A DNA stretch of 64,000 nucleotides, taken from positions 1,856,001-1,920,000 of the forward strand of contig CAXXVS010000003.1 in NCBI GenBank assembly GCA_963674755.2. Direction: 5' to 3'. Source of the DNA: Desulfobacterales bacterium (GTDB taxonomy: Bacteria; Desulfobacterota; Desulfobacteria; Desulfobacterales; UBA5852). Made by a program: the position numbers and the translations under genes. Below are positions 50,372 through 59,193 of this stretch, one piece after another (position 1 is the first letter of the stretch; each line of letters begins with the position of its first letter). A model generated the notes under the pieces. It worked only from the letters and a program-made list of their open reading frames with translations, made no database searches and was not told the origin of the DNA.

Positions 50372-50701
50372 ATGAACACGCCGAAAGGCCGGGAAGGCCA
50401 GGTCGCCGGGCGCAAGCGTCCGCGCAAGGGGCGGCCGGCAGCAGACAAAATGCCTCCAATGTATTATACTCAACGCGAAGTGGCCGACCTGTTCCGGGTG
50501 AGCCAGGGCACCGTCATCAAGTGGCGCGGCCTGGGCTACCTGGAATACCTGCGGCCGCCGGGGTCCAACCGGGTGCTCTACACCGTAGCGAGCGTGGAGC
50601 GCTTCCAGGACCAATTCACCCGCCGGGAGGAGGTGACCAAGCCACCGATTGATATCAGCAGTTGCAGGCGTGTCGCTCCAGCTAAGGACTGGAGGTTATG
50701 A
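50372..50701 (+). CDS. Excisionase-like HTH protein
   Basis: YTQREVADLFRVSQGTVIKWR; ATGA overlap with the integrase. Confidence 0.8.
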   Translation: MNTPKGREGQVAGRKRPRKGRPAADKMPPMYYTQREVADLFRVSQGTVIKWRGLGYLEYLRPPGSNRVLYTVASVERFQDQFTRREEVTKPPIDISSCRRVAPAKDWRL

Positions 50702-51843
50702 TGGCCAAAAAGAACCTGAATCACCACATGTTCAAGCGGAGCGGCACATGGTATTTTCAGATGATGGTCAAGGGACGGCCCTACAAGAAGGCCCTGAGCA
50801 CGGACGTCTCCCAGGCGAGGCTGCTGCGGGACCAGTTCCTGCACAAGATCCGCTGGGGGCATCTGGACGTCCAGCGCGAGCGCAAGGTCTTGGGGGAGGT
50901 CGCCAAGCAGTGGATCCGGCTTGAGGAGATGAAGTTGCAGCCGTCCACCCTGAGGGACTACCGCGGCATCATGAACTGTCACGTGCTGCCGCATTTTGGT
51001 AACTGGTACATCGACGAGATCCGGCCGGTCGATGTGGAGGAGTTCATGGCCACCCGGACCTGCGGCGCCAAGCGGATCAACAACATCCTGTGCCCGCTGC
51101 GCTCGCTTTTTCGCATGGCCAAGAAGAACGACTATGTCGAGCGCAACATCATGCTCGATGTGGAAAACCTCTCCGTGGACAGGCCGCACATCAGCCCACT
51201 GTCGATGAAGGAGGCCGCAAGCTTTCTTGATGCGATCGAGGACACCATCTACCGCAACTTCTTCGTGGTCGCGTTTTTCACCGGCATGCGGCTGGGGGAG
51301 CAGACGGCGCTCAAGTGGCGCGAGGTGGACTGGGAGCGCAAGTCCATCTCGATCGTGGAGTCACGCGTGATGGGTATCGAGGGCCGGCCCAAGACCAAGG
51401 GGTCCTATCGAGACATCGACATGCTGCCCGTGGTCGAGGCGGCGCTCAAGGACCAGCGCAAGCAGAACCGGGCCAAGTCGCGCTACGTATTCCTCAATAA
51501 CGACGGCAAGCCCGTCGACGGCGAGACGCTGCGGAAGACCACCTGGACGCCGGGGTTGAATCGCGCCGGTTTGGAATACCGCTCCATGTACCACACGCGG
51601 CACACCTTCGCGACCTTGATGCTGTCTTCCGGGGAGAACATGGGCTGGGTGCAGCGGATGATGGGGCATGCGTCGCTCAAGATGATCCAGGAGCGCTACT
51701 ACCGGTACATCCCGAATCTGACCCATGCCGACGGCAGCGCGTTTGCGAAAAAGTTCGGCACGGACCTTGCTCGAGTTACCCCAAATCTACCCCATAACGA
51801 CGAAAGGGAACACCTCGCCCAGGTAATCCCCTTAAATCGTTAG
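50698..51843 (+). CDS. Tyrosine integrase
   Basis: TGMRLGE, PKT, YHTRHTFA, MGH, Y; ends 17 bp from the tmRNA 3' end. Confidence 0.95.
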   Translation: MMAKKNLNHHMFKRSGTWYFQMMVKGRPYKKALSTDVSQARLLRDQFLHKIRWGHLDVQRERKVLGEVAKQWIRLEEMKLQPSTLRDYRGIMNCHVLPHFGNWYIDEIRPVDVEEFMATRTCGAKRINNILCPLRSLFRMAKKNDYVERNIMLDVENLSVDRPHISPLSMKEAASFLDAIEDTIYRNFFVVAFFTGMRLGEQTALKWREVDWERKSISIVESRVMGIEGRPKTKGSYRDIDMLPVVEAALKDQRKQNRAKSRYVFLNNDGKPVDGETLRKTTWTPGLNRAGLEYRSMYHTRHTFATLMLSSGENMGWVQRMMGHASLKMIQERYYRYIPNLTHADGSAFAKKFGTDLARVTPNLPHNDEREHLAQVIPLNR

Positions 51844-51860
51844 TAATTTTTGTCGAGAAA

Positions 51861-52212
51861 TGGTGGAGGCGGCGGGAGTCGAACCCGCGTCCGAAAGCAT
51901 TCCACATGGGCATCTACATGCTTATCCCGAACTTTGAGTGTCAGCCCTCGGGGCCCTTTCGGGCGAGGTCCCTTCGGACTTATCCTGATTAGAGTTTCGC
52001 GCCTGTCCCATCAGGCAAGGACAATTGCTATCCCGCTAGTCGACGCCCTTTCCAGACCCGCAGGAGTAGCCTGGAAGGACGGTAGCTATGCAGCTACGGC
52101 GTAGTTATAATCGTCTGCGATTATATTTAGTTTTCCCGTCGTTTTACGAGCGGACAGGAAGCTCGACATGCAGCCGACGCTTCTTTGCCCCCGTCGAACC
52201 CGTTTCGCCCCC
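51861..52212 (-). ncRNA. ssrA: tmRNA
   Basis: 5' GGGGGCG pairs with 3' CGCCTCC-ACCA (G3-U); T-arm GTTCGAC; tag ADDYNYAVAA* at 52086-52118; smpB nearby. Confidence 0.97.
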
Positions 52213-52380
52213 ATATTCTCAAAGATCCGCACCGCCCGAGAGCGGTTGTCCCCCCATGGAAAGGGAAGCCTGCTTGTAGCACAGCGCAGGTCGATAAACA
52301 AGCGCCTTCACATACTGTTATAATAAGGACATTTACTGAATCGTCAATGAGTTAGACACTTTCAGGCCGTCATCAAAGGA

Positions 52381-53358
52381 TTACCGGCCTTGCTTGTGCT
52401 TGAGCAGCCGGCCGTCGATGGCGATGAGTCCCGCGAAGATCAAGAGCATGCCACCTACGGCATTCCAGCCGAATCGTTCCCCCAGGATCAGGACCCCGAG
52501 CAGAATGGCGCTGACGGGAATCAGGAAGGTCACCAGGAGGATATTGGTGGCGCCGGCCCGGGCCAGTATCCGGAAGTAGATCATATAAGCGGCGGCGGTG
52601 CTGATGAGTGACAACCCCAGGATGGCCCCCCACGCGGCAAGGCCGGGGTGCAGGGCGAGGGGCTGCTCGAACATCAGGACCAGGGGCACCAGCATCACGC
52701 TGCTGCAGACGAGCATGCCCGTGGTGACGGTGACCGGGGGCAGACCCCGGAAGCGGCGCCCGAAGATGGCGGCGCAGGCATAGCACATGGCGGCGCCCAA
52801 CACTGCCAGATAGCCCAGGATCTGTAAATCGAAGCCTTTCAGGGATTCGATCCCGATCAGGAGCGCCACGCCCAGCCAGCCCAGGAGAACGCCGATCCCG
52901 CGGTTGAGCGTGAACCGCTCCTCCCGGGTCAGGAAATGGGCCAGCACGACGCTGAAAATGGGGGTGGTGGCATTCAGGATGGAGGCCAGGCTGCTCTGGA
53001 TGTATTGCTGGCTCCAGGCGATCAGGCTGAACGGGATCAGGTTGTTGAGCAGACCCATGATCAGGAAGGCGCCCCACAGGGAAAGATCTGCGGGCAGCCG
53101 CCGGTCGGTCAGGAAGCATACCCCCAGCAGAATGACGGCCGCCAGTCCCACCCGGCAGAAGACCAGGGTGAAGGGCGTGATCTCGCGCACGGCCACCTCG
53201 ATGAAGAAAAAGGAGCCGCCCCAGATCACGGACAGCAGCCAAAGGAGCAGCCATTCCGAAAGCCCCATGGCGACATTCAGTTCCGGCCGGGGCGGATGCG
53301 GGAGAGCGGCCGCTGCGAGCGGCTTGGATGGCGGCGAAATGCCGGGCGTTGGTTTCAC
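52381..53358 (-). CDS. DMT/EamA-family transporter
   Basis: IWGGSFFF, about 10 TM helices, LILGE. Confidence 0.9.
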   Translation of the reverse strand: MKPTPGISPPSKPLAAAALPHPPRPELNVAMGLSEWLLLWLLSVIWGGSFFFIEVAVREITPFTLVFCRVGLAAVILLGVCFLTDRRLPADLSLWGAFLIMGLLNNLIPFSLIAWSQQYIQSSLASILNATTPIFSVVLAHFLTREERFTLNRGIGVLLGWLGVALLIGIESLKGFDLQILGYLAVLGAAMCYACAAIFGRRFRGLPPVTVTTGMLVCSSVMLVPLVLMFEQPLALHPGLAAWGAILGLSLISTAAAYMIYFRILARAGATNILLVTFLIPVSAILLGVLILGERFGWNAVGGMLLIFAGLIAIDGRLLKHKQGR

Positions 53359-53476
53359 GGTGCCCCCTTTCGTTTTAACGTTTCGTGCGTCAGGGGCACT
53401 ACGCTTAGCACCTGCCGGGGGAGGCAAGCCACCCGATTGTTGCGCTCAGCAGCCATAAATGGGGCGTTGCCAAGGT

Positions 53477-53953
53477 CTACTTGTGGCCGGCGCTGGGTTG
53501 GATAAACGAGGTGAACGCGATCGCGGCGGCGCCGGGCGGCAGGGCCAGGGTGGTGTCGAAGCTCTCGGGCCGGCGGATGTAGGTCGGGGGCCTGAATCCC
53601 GAAGCATAGAGTACGGACGTATCCATCACATGTCCGGCACTGTCCAAAAGGTGGAGATAGACGGTCGTTTTGTCCGCCCTGGTTCGGGCGCTGAGCACCC
53701 TGCCGCTGAGATGGAGCCGCCGGGCGGGGGCGAAGGTGACCGCGAGGGCATAGGACAGCACAAGATCACCGGTGTCGATCGTGCCCTGGACGGGTTCCCT
53801 GGGCTGCAGGGCAATGCCGTTTGCGGGAACGTGGGGGCGGGGCGAAAGACTGAAACTCCGGCAGCCGGCCAGGCCGGCTGCCAGCATGGCAACCATCGCT
53901 GTGGCGTAGAGGAAAGTCGGCACAGGGCGAATGGGTTTCATGGTGATATCCAT
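53477..53953 (-). CDS. Hypothetical lipoprotein
   Basis: Lipobox LAGC. Confidence 0.6.
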   Translation of the reverse strand: MDITMKPIRPVPTFLYATAMVAMLAAGLAGCRSFSLSPRPHVPANGIALQPREPVQGTIDTGDLVLSYALAVTFAPARRLHLSGRVLSARTRADKTTVYLHLLDSAGHVMDTSVLYASGFRPPTYIRRPESFDTTLALPPGAAAIAFTSFIQPSAGHK

Positions 53954-54321
53954 CGGTTAGGAATTGGCAGAACCACACGCCCCTTCAATCCGGGTGAAAA
54001 TTGGGACGCGTAATGCCTCAATACAATGACGATAAGACGGGATTGCGGGGTGGCAATCGAAAAAGGCTTCCGGCCCGTTAAGGCAGGATTCAACGACGGC
54101 ACGTTGTTTCACGGTCCTGGTTTTGTTTCACCGCTTATATCGATGGTGGGGAATCCGGAGAGGTGCTGCCGATCCGGGGGGGCTTTTTTCATAGAAGGTT
54201 TCTTCATTTTCAAGGGTGGGATTTAGGGCTCTAATCGAGGCCGCACCAGGTTTTCCGCTGCATCGGATGTAAATGGAAAAGGTTCTTTCCCTTCCCCTTG
54301 ACGCCTTGACCCCTCGGATCC

Positions 54322-54780
54322 TCAGTAATTGCGCATCGCCCGATCCAGATCCCGCTGCTCGTCCCGGCGGCGGATGGTCTCGCGTTTATCGTGCTTCTTC
54401 TTGCCCTTGGCCAGGGCCAGCTGGATCTTGGCTTTGCCGTTTTTGAAGTAGACCCGCAGGGGGATCAGGCTGTAGCCCGATTCATTGATCTTGCCATAGA
54501 GCTTTTTGATCTCGTACTTGTGCAGCAGGAGTTTGCGCTGCCGGCGGGGCTCGTGGTTGTTGTAGTAGGCGAAGGGGTAGGGGCCGATGTGCATGTTGAG
54601 CACCCAGATCTCGCCGTTGATGATGCGGCCGTAGCTGTCCTTGAGGTTGCAGCGCCCCCGGCGCAGGGATTTGACTTCGGTGCCCCGCAGGGCCATGCCG
54701 GCCTCGAACTTGTCTTCGATGTGGTAGTCGTAGCGGGCCTTGCGGTTTTCCGCGACGATCTTGATGCCTTCCGTACCCAT
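54322..54780 (-). CDS. smpB: SsrA-binding protein
   Basis: NRKARYDY, GTEVKSLR, RKLLLH, GKKKHDKR. Confidence 0.97.
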   Translation of the reverse strand: MGTEGIKIVAENRKARYDYHIEDKFEAGMALRGTEVKSLRRGRCNLKDSYGRIINGEIWVLNMHIGPYPFAYYNNHEPRRQRKLLLHKYEIKKLYGKINESGYSLIPLRVYFKNGKAKIQLALAKGKKKHDKRETIRRRDEQRDLDRAMRNY

Positions 54781-54844
54781 GGTGCTCTAAGGCCTCTGGT
54801 GACGTTGGACGGGAGCGAAGGGCGGCGCCCGCCGGGTGGATAAT

Positions 54845-56620
54845 CTAACCCTGCTGAAGGATCAATCCGCTGTCGATGTGGACTCTGAAGCGCTCCCGCG
54901 CCAGGCGGTTGATCTCTTCGGCGCTCGTGAGGTCCACGATTTCCTTGACGAATTTACGGGCGTCGATGGCGGACAGGCCGCGCACCATCCGTTTGACGAT
55001 GGGGATGGTGTGGGGCACCATGCTCCATTCGGTGATGCCCAGCCCCAGCAGGATCGGGATGTAGATCGGTTCGCCGGCCATTTCGCCGCACATGGCGACG
55101 CGGATTTTCTTGCGGCGGGCCATGTCCGCCACGTGTTTTATCATCCGGATAATGGCCGGATTGAGCGGGTCGTAGAGATAGGCCACGTTGCGGTTGCCGC
55201 GGTCGATGGCCAGGGCGTACTGAATCAGGTCGTTGGTGCCGATGCTGAAGAAATCGCACAGCTCCGCCAACTGGTCGGCCATCACCACGGCCGAGGGCAC
55301 TTCGATCATGACACCGATTTCAATGTCCGGGTTATGCTCCACGCTTTCCGCGGCCAGGGATTCGGCCGCCTCCCGCAGGGCGCGCCGGGCCTCCAGCAGT
55401 TCGCCGCAGCCGGTGATCATGGGGAAGAGAATGCGCACATTCCCGTAGGCGGCCGCCCGCAGGATGGCGCGCAGCTGGGTGTGGAAGACCTCCGGGTTTT
55501 GCAGGCAGTAGCGGATGGCCCGCAGCCCCAGCACCGGATTGACCTCGTTGCCGTTACCGGCATAGCTCAGGGCCTTGTCGCCATTGATGTCCAAGGTGCG
55601 GATGGTTACGGGGTTGGGCGCCATAAGCTCCACCACCTCACGGTATTTGTCGAACAGATCGAACTCGCTGGGGAACTCCGTGCGCCCCATGTACTGGAAC
55701 TCGGTGCGGTAGAGGCCGATGCCGTCGCCGCCGTTGTCGATGACCGAGACCACTTCCTCGGGCAGTTCGATGTTGCCCTGGACATGGATGACCTGCCCGT
55801 CGGCCGTGCGGGCGGGCAGATGGCTTTCACGCGTGACGCGGGCCCGGTAGGCTTCGTAGCTGGCCTGGCGCTCCTCATATTCCACCAGGGTCTTCTCATC
55901 GGGGTTGATGATCACGACGCCGTCGGTGCCGTCCACGACCAGGATGTCGTCATTGCGGATCAGGGAGGTCGCATTCATCAGGCCCAGCACCGCCGGGATG
56001 TCCAACGTCCGGGCGATGATGCCGGTGTGGGAGGTCTTACCGCCGACGTCGGTGAGGAAGCCCTTGACACGCTCGAGCTGGATCTGGCTGGTGTCGGCCG
56101 GCGACAGGTCCCGGGCTACCAGAATGACCCGTTTGTCGATGTCCGAAATCTTGATGCTCTCGGCGCCGGTCAGGTGGTGCATGATGCGGTCCGAGACATG
56201 GATGATGTCGGCGGCCCGCTCCTTGAGGTAGGGGTCCTCCATACTCTGGAACATGCTCTTGATCTGGCCCACGACCGTCTTGAGCGCCCATTCCGCATTG
56301 ACCTTGTCTTCCTGGATCAGGTTGATGGTGCGGCCGAAGAGCATCTTGTCGTCGAACAGGAGCAGATGGGTCTCCAGGATGTTGGTCTGCTGCTGGAGGT
56401 CCTCGGGCATGCCGCTGATGATCTGCCGCAGGTCGTCCTTGGCTGTGATGACGGCTTTTTTAAACCGGTTGATCTCGTTGGCGGCCCGGTCGGGGTTGAT
56501 AAAATATTTGGGGACCACTTTGACGCCTTCCCGATCCACCAGGTAGGCTTTGCCGATGCAAATACCGGGCGAGGCGCCGATTCCCTGCAGTTTGAATTCT
56601 TTGGCTTCGGTGGGCAACAT
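54845..56620 (-). CDS. ptsI: PTS enzyme I
   Basis: GGKTSHTGI, GIGLYRTE, FSIGTNDL, MCGEMAG. Confidence 0.93.
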   Translation of the reverse strand: MLPTEAKEFKLQGIGASPGICIGKAYLVDREGVKVVPKYFINPDRAANEINRFKKAVITAKDDLRQIISGMPEDLQQQTNILETHLLLFDDKMLFGRTINLIQEDKVNAEWALKTVVGQIKSMFQSMEDPYLKERAADIIHVSDRIMHHLTGAESIKISDIDKRVILVARDLSPADTSQIQLERVKGFLTDVGGKTSHTGIIARTLDIPAVLGLMNATSLIRNDDILVVDGTDGVVIINPDEKTLVEYEERQASYEAYRARVTRESHLPARTADGQVIHVQGNIELPEEVVSVIDNGGDGIGLYRTEFQYMGRTEFPSEFDLFDKYREVVELMAPNPVTIRTLDINGDKALSYAGNGNEVNPVLGLRAIRYCLQNPEVFHTQLRAILRAAAYGNVRILFPMITGCGELLEARRALREAAESLAAESVEHNPDIEIGVMIEVPSAVVMADQLAELCDFFSIGTNDLIQYALAIDRGNRNVAYLYDPLNPAIIRMIKHVADMARRKKIRVAMCGEMAGEPIYIPILLGLGITEWSMVPHTIPIVKRMVRGLSAIDARKFVKEIVDLTSAEEINRLARERFRVHIDSGLILQQG

Positions 56621-56626
56621 GGCCGC

Positions 56627-56908
56627 CTATTCTCCAAACCCGGCTTCCACCAGGTCGATGATCTGATTCAATATGGGGCGGTCCGCCGCATTTTCAATGC
56701 GCACCACGATTTCGGTGCCTTGGTTGCAGCCCAGGGTCAGCAGGTCGATGATGCTGGCGGCATCCACTTCCTCGATATCGCGCGCGACCCAGACCTTATA
56801 CCTTGCTTTCTGGGCCACTTCCGCTATTTTGGCAGCGGAACGGGCATGCAGGCCAAGCTCGTTGATAATCGTCGCGGGACGAAGCAGTTTTGCGTCGGAG
56901 TTATTCAT
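56627..56908 (-). CDS. ptsH: Phosphocarrier protein HPr
   Basis: GLHARSAA, DAASI. Confidence 0.9.
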   Translation of the reverse strand: MNNSDAKLLRPATIINELGLHARSAAKIAEVAQKARYKVWVARDIEEVDAASIIDLLTLGCNQGTEIVVRIENAADRPILNQIIDLVEAGFGE

Positions 56909-57039
56909 GGGTACGTTGTCAAGGATTCCTTTGAAAAAGCCCTTATCTATATATTAAATTCATCGTGTTGGCAATATCCCGCCCAAATCGGCGGTGCCTG
57001 CCGGCCGATGGCCGTTGACCCTGAATGAAAGGAATGTGA

Positions 57040-57690
57040 ATGGAAAAACAGTTCATTATCGATGACTTGAAACTGGGCGAGTCCTGGCGTTTGTTTCGCA
57101 TCCTAGGGGAGTTTGTGGAAGGGGTCGAAAAGTTGCACGACCTGGGACCGGCGGTGAGCATTTTCGGATCGGCCCGCACGGATCCCAAAGATCCGGCCTA
57201 CGCCATGGCGGCGCACACGGCCGCCCTGTTTGCCAAAGAGAACTTTGCCGTGATCACCGGCGGGGGCGGCGGGGTCATGGAAGCGGCCAACAAGGGGGCG
57301 GCCGAGGCGGGCGGTGTTTCCGTGGGACTCAACATCAGCCTGCCCTTCGAGCAGAAGCCCAACCCCTATGCCAACATCCAGCTCCAATTCCACTATTTCT
57401 TCGTTCGCAAGGTCATGTTCGTCAAATACGCCATGGCCTACATCATCATGCCGGGCGGGTTCGGCACCCTGGACGAGTTGTTCGAGGCGATGACCCTTAT
57501 CCAGACCCACCGCATCCGCCCGCTGCCGGTATTCCTCATGGGCTCCGACTACTGGAAGGGGCTGGTGGACTGGATCCGGGACCGCCTGCTCAAGGAAAAC
57601 CGCATATCGCCGGAAGATATCGACATATTCCAGGTGATCGATGAACCCGAGGAAGTGGTGAAAGCCGTCAAGAAAGTGGTCATCATCTGA
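57040..57690 (+). CDS. LOG-family Rossmann-fold protein
   Basis: FGSAR, TGGGGGVMEAAN, PGGFGTLDE. Confidence 0.9.
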   Translation: MEKQFIIDDLKLGESWRLFRILGEFVEGVEKLHDLGPAVSIFGSARTDPKDPAYAMAAHTAALFAKENFAVITGGGGGVMEAANKGAAEAGGVSVGLNISLPFEQKPNPYANIQLQFHYFFVRKVMFVKYAMAYIIMPGGFGTLDELFEAMTLIQTHRIRPLPVFLMGSDYWKGLVDWIRDRLLKENRISPEDIDIFQVIDEPEEVVKAVKKVVII

Positions 57691-57730
57691 CCGGCCCGGC
57701 AGCGCCGGGCCATCCTCGCCTTCCAGACCG

Positions 57731-57778
57731 GCCTCCCAACCGGCTGGACTAACGTCCGGTCGGTTGGGAGGCGCTTTT
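57731..57778 (+). terminator. Hairpin terminator after the LOG gene
   Basis: GCCTCCCAACCG...CGGTTGGGAGGC followed by TTTT. Confidence 0.55.
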
Positions 57779-57904
57779 CCTCTTTTCCTTATGAGTATTC
57801 TCCAATAATTTTATAATCTAAAATAATTTTATAATGTTATCGAATATATGCAAGGGGCGAGAAAGCTCTTGACTAAACGAAAACTAAAATATAGAGAGTG
57901 ATAT

Positions 57905-57929
57905 ACCAAATGAATATTATTCATTTGGT
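57905..57929. promoter_or_regulatory. Operator-like perfect inverted repeat upstream of the ABC/CoA-ligase operon
   Basis: ACCAAATGAAT-att-ATTCATTTGGT downstream of a TTGACT hexamer at 57869. Confidence 0.65.
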
Positions 57930-58234
57930 TTGTTTGATCGTACGAGGGGAGCATCTGAAGCGGCACCAAATTCCGAAAAAAAGACCGATCGCCCCGCCTT
58001 GCATGACCGCATGCAAGGGGGGGACCGCCCAAAAAGGCAAGACAGGCATGACAGATCCCAATACGGGGCAATTCCCGATACATCGCAACCCTGATGAAGC
58101 CCGACCAACCCATGCGGCGGTTCATCGGGGTTTTTCAATGGCATCCCGGAAGTCGACCCCAACCCCCGCGTACCGTTGTGCTGGAGGGGTGGTGGGGTGG
58201 ACGAGTCGACTGAACTAGGGGAACCAACGCGGCC

Positions 58235-59002
58235 ATGTCACAAGACAACCTTCGCATCGAATCGGCCACACTGGACTTTGGCGGGTTGCGCGCCCTGTCC
58301 AATGTCGACATTACCATCGAGTCGGGCTTGATCACCTCGGTCATCGGCCCCAACGGGGCCGGCAAAACCAGCCTGCTGAACTGCATTTCCGGTTTTTATC
58401 ACCCCACCCGGGGCGAAATCCATTTCGGCGCGCGCCGCCTGACCCACGCCTCGCCCCACCAGGTTTCCAGCCTCGGTATAGCGCGGGCTTTCCAGAACAT
58501 CGAACTTTTCAGCGGCATGACCGTGCTCGACAACCTCATGCTGGCCCGGCATCAGAAGCTGCGCTACAACTTTTTGCAGGCCCTGCTCTATTTCGGCGCC
58601 GCTTCCCGGCTGGAGGCCGAAAACCGCGGCTTTGTGGAAGACATTATCGATTTCATGGAGCTGGAGCCTTACCGCAAAAGCACGGTGGGCAGCTTGAGCT
58701 ACGGGGTTCAGAAGCGGGTCGAGGTGGCCCGGGCGCTCACCATGGGACCCCGGATCCTGCTGTTGGACGAGCCCATGGCGGGCATGAACATCGAGGAGAA
58801 GGAAGACATGGTGCGCTTCATCCTCGATATCCAGAAAGAGCGCGATATCACTGTCGTCCTGGTGGAGCACGACCTGGGGGTGGTCATGGATATCTCCGAC
58901 CGGATCTATGTGCTCGATTTCGGCCAGTTGATCGGCGCCGGACGGCCGGAGGAGGTGGCGGGGAATGCGGCGGTCATCGAAGCCTACATCGGCGAAGAGT
59001 GA
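58235..59002 (+). CDS. Branched-chain amino acid-type ABC ATP-binding protein (LivG-like)
   Basis: GPNGAGKT, LSYG, LLLDEP, VEHD. Confidence 0.92.
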   Translation: MSQDNLRIESATLDFGGLRALSNVDITIESGLITSVIGPNGAGKTSLLNCISGFYHPTRGEIHFGARRLTHASPHQVSSLGIARAFQNIELFSGMTVLDNLMLARHQKLRYNFLQALLYFGAASRLEAENRGFVEDIIDFMELEPYRKSTVGSLSYGVQKRVEVARALTMGPRILLLDEPMAGMNIEEKEDMVRFILDIQKERDITVVLVEHDLGVVMDISDRIYVLDFGQLIGAGRPEEVAGNAAVIEAYIGEE

Positions 59003-59003
59003 C

Positions 59004-59121
59004 GGATGCGGCATTGGGCCAATATCGGCGTTGCCCGGCATGCTTCGTCGCTGCGGCGTACCTGGTGTACGCCTCACTTCTCAGCATTTGGGCGCCGTAT
59101 CTTGGACCAATGCCGCATCCG
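59004..59121. repeat. REP/MITE-like palindromic intergenic element
   Basis: CGGATGCGGCATTGG...CCAATGCCGCATCCG ends with internal GGCGTAC/GTACGCC hairpin. Confidence 0.7.
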
Positions 59122-59193
59122 TTACGTCGGGAGAGCACGATACGAGGCAATTTTTTCGGTAACCATGACAAGGAAAGATTGACGACTTCATAA

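Noticed and set aside
54836..57028. 730-aa + strand ORF and similar long antisense ORFs (2662..3960, 25308..26534, 59215..61068, 61098..62573)
   Set aside because: Shadow ORFs opposite well-supported GC-rich genes, with no motifs
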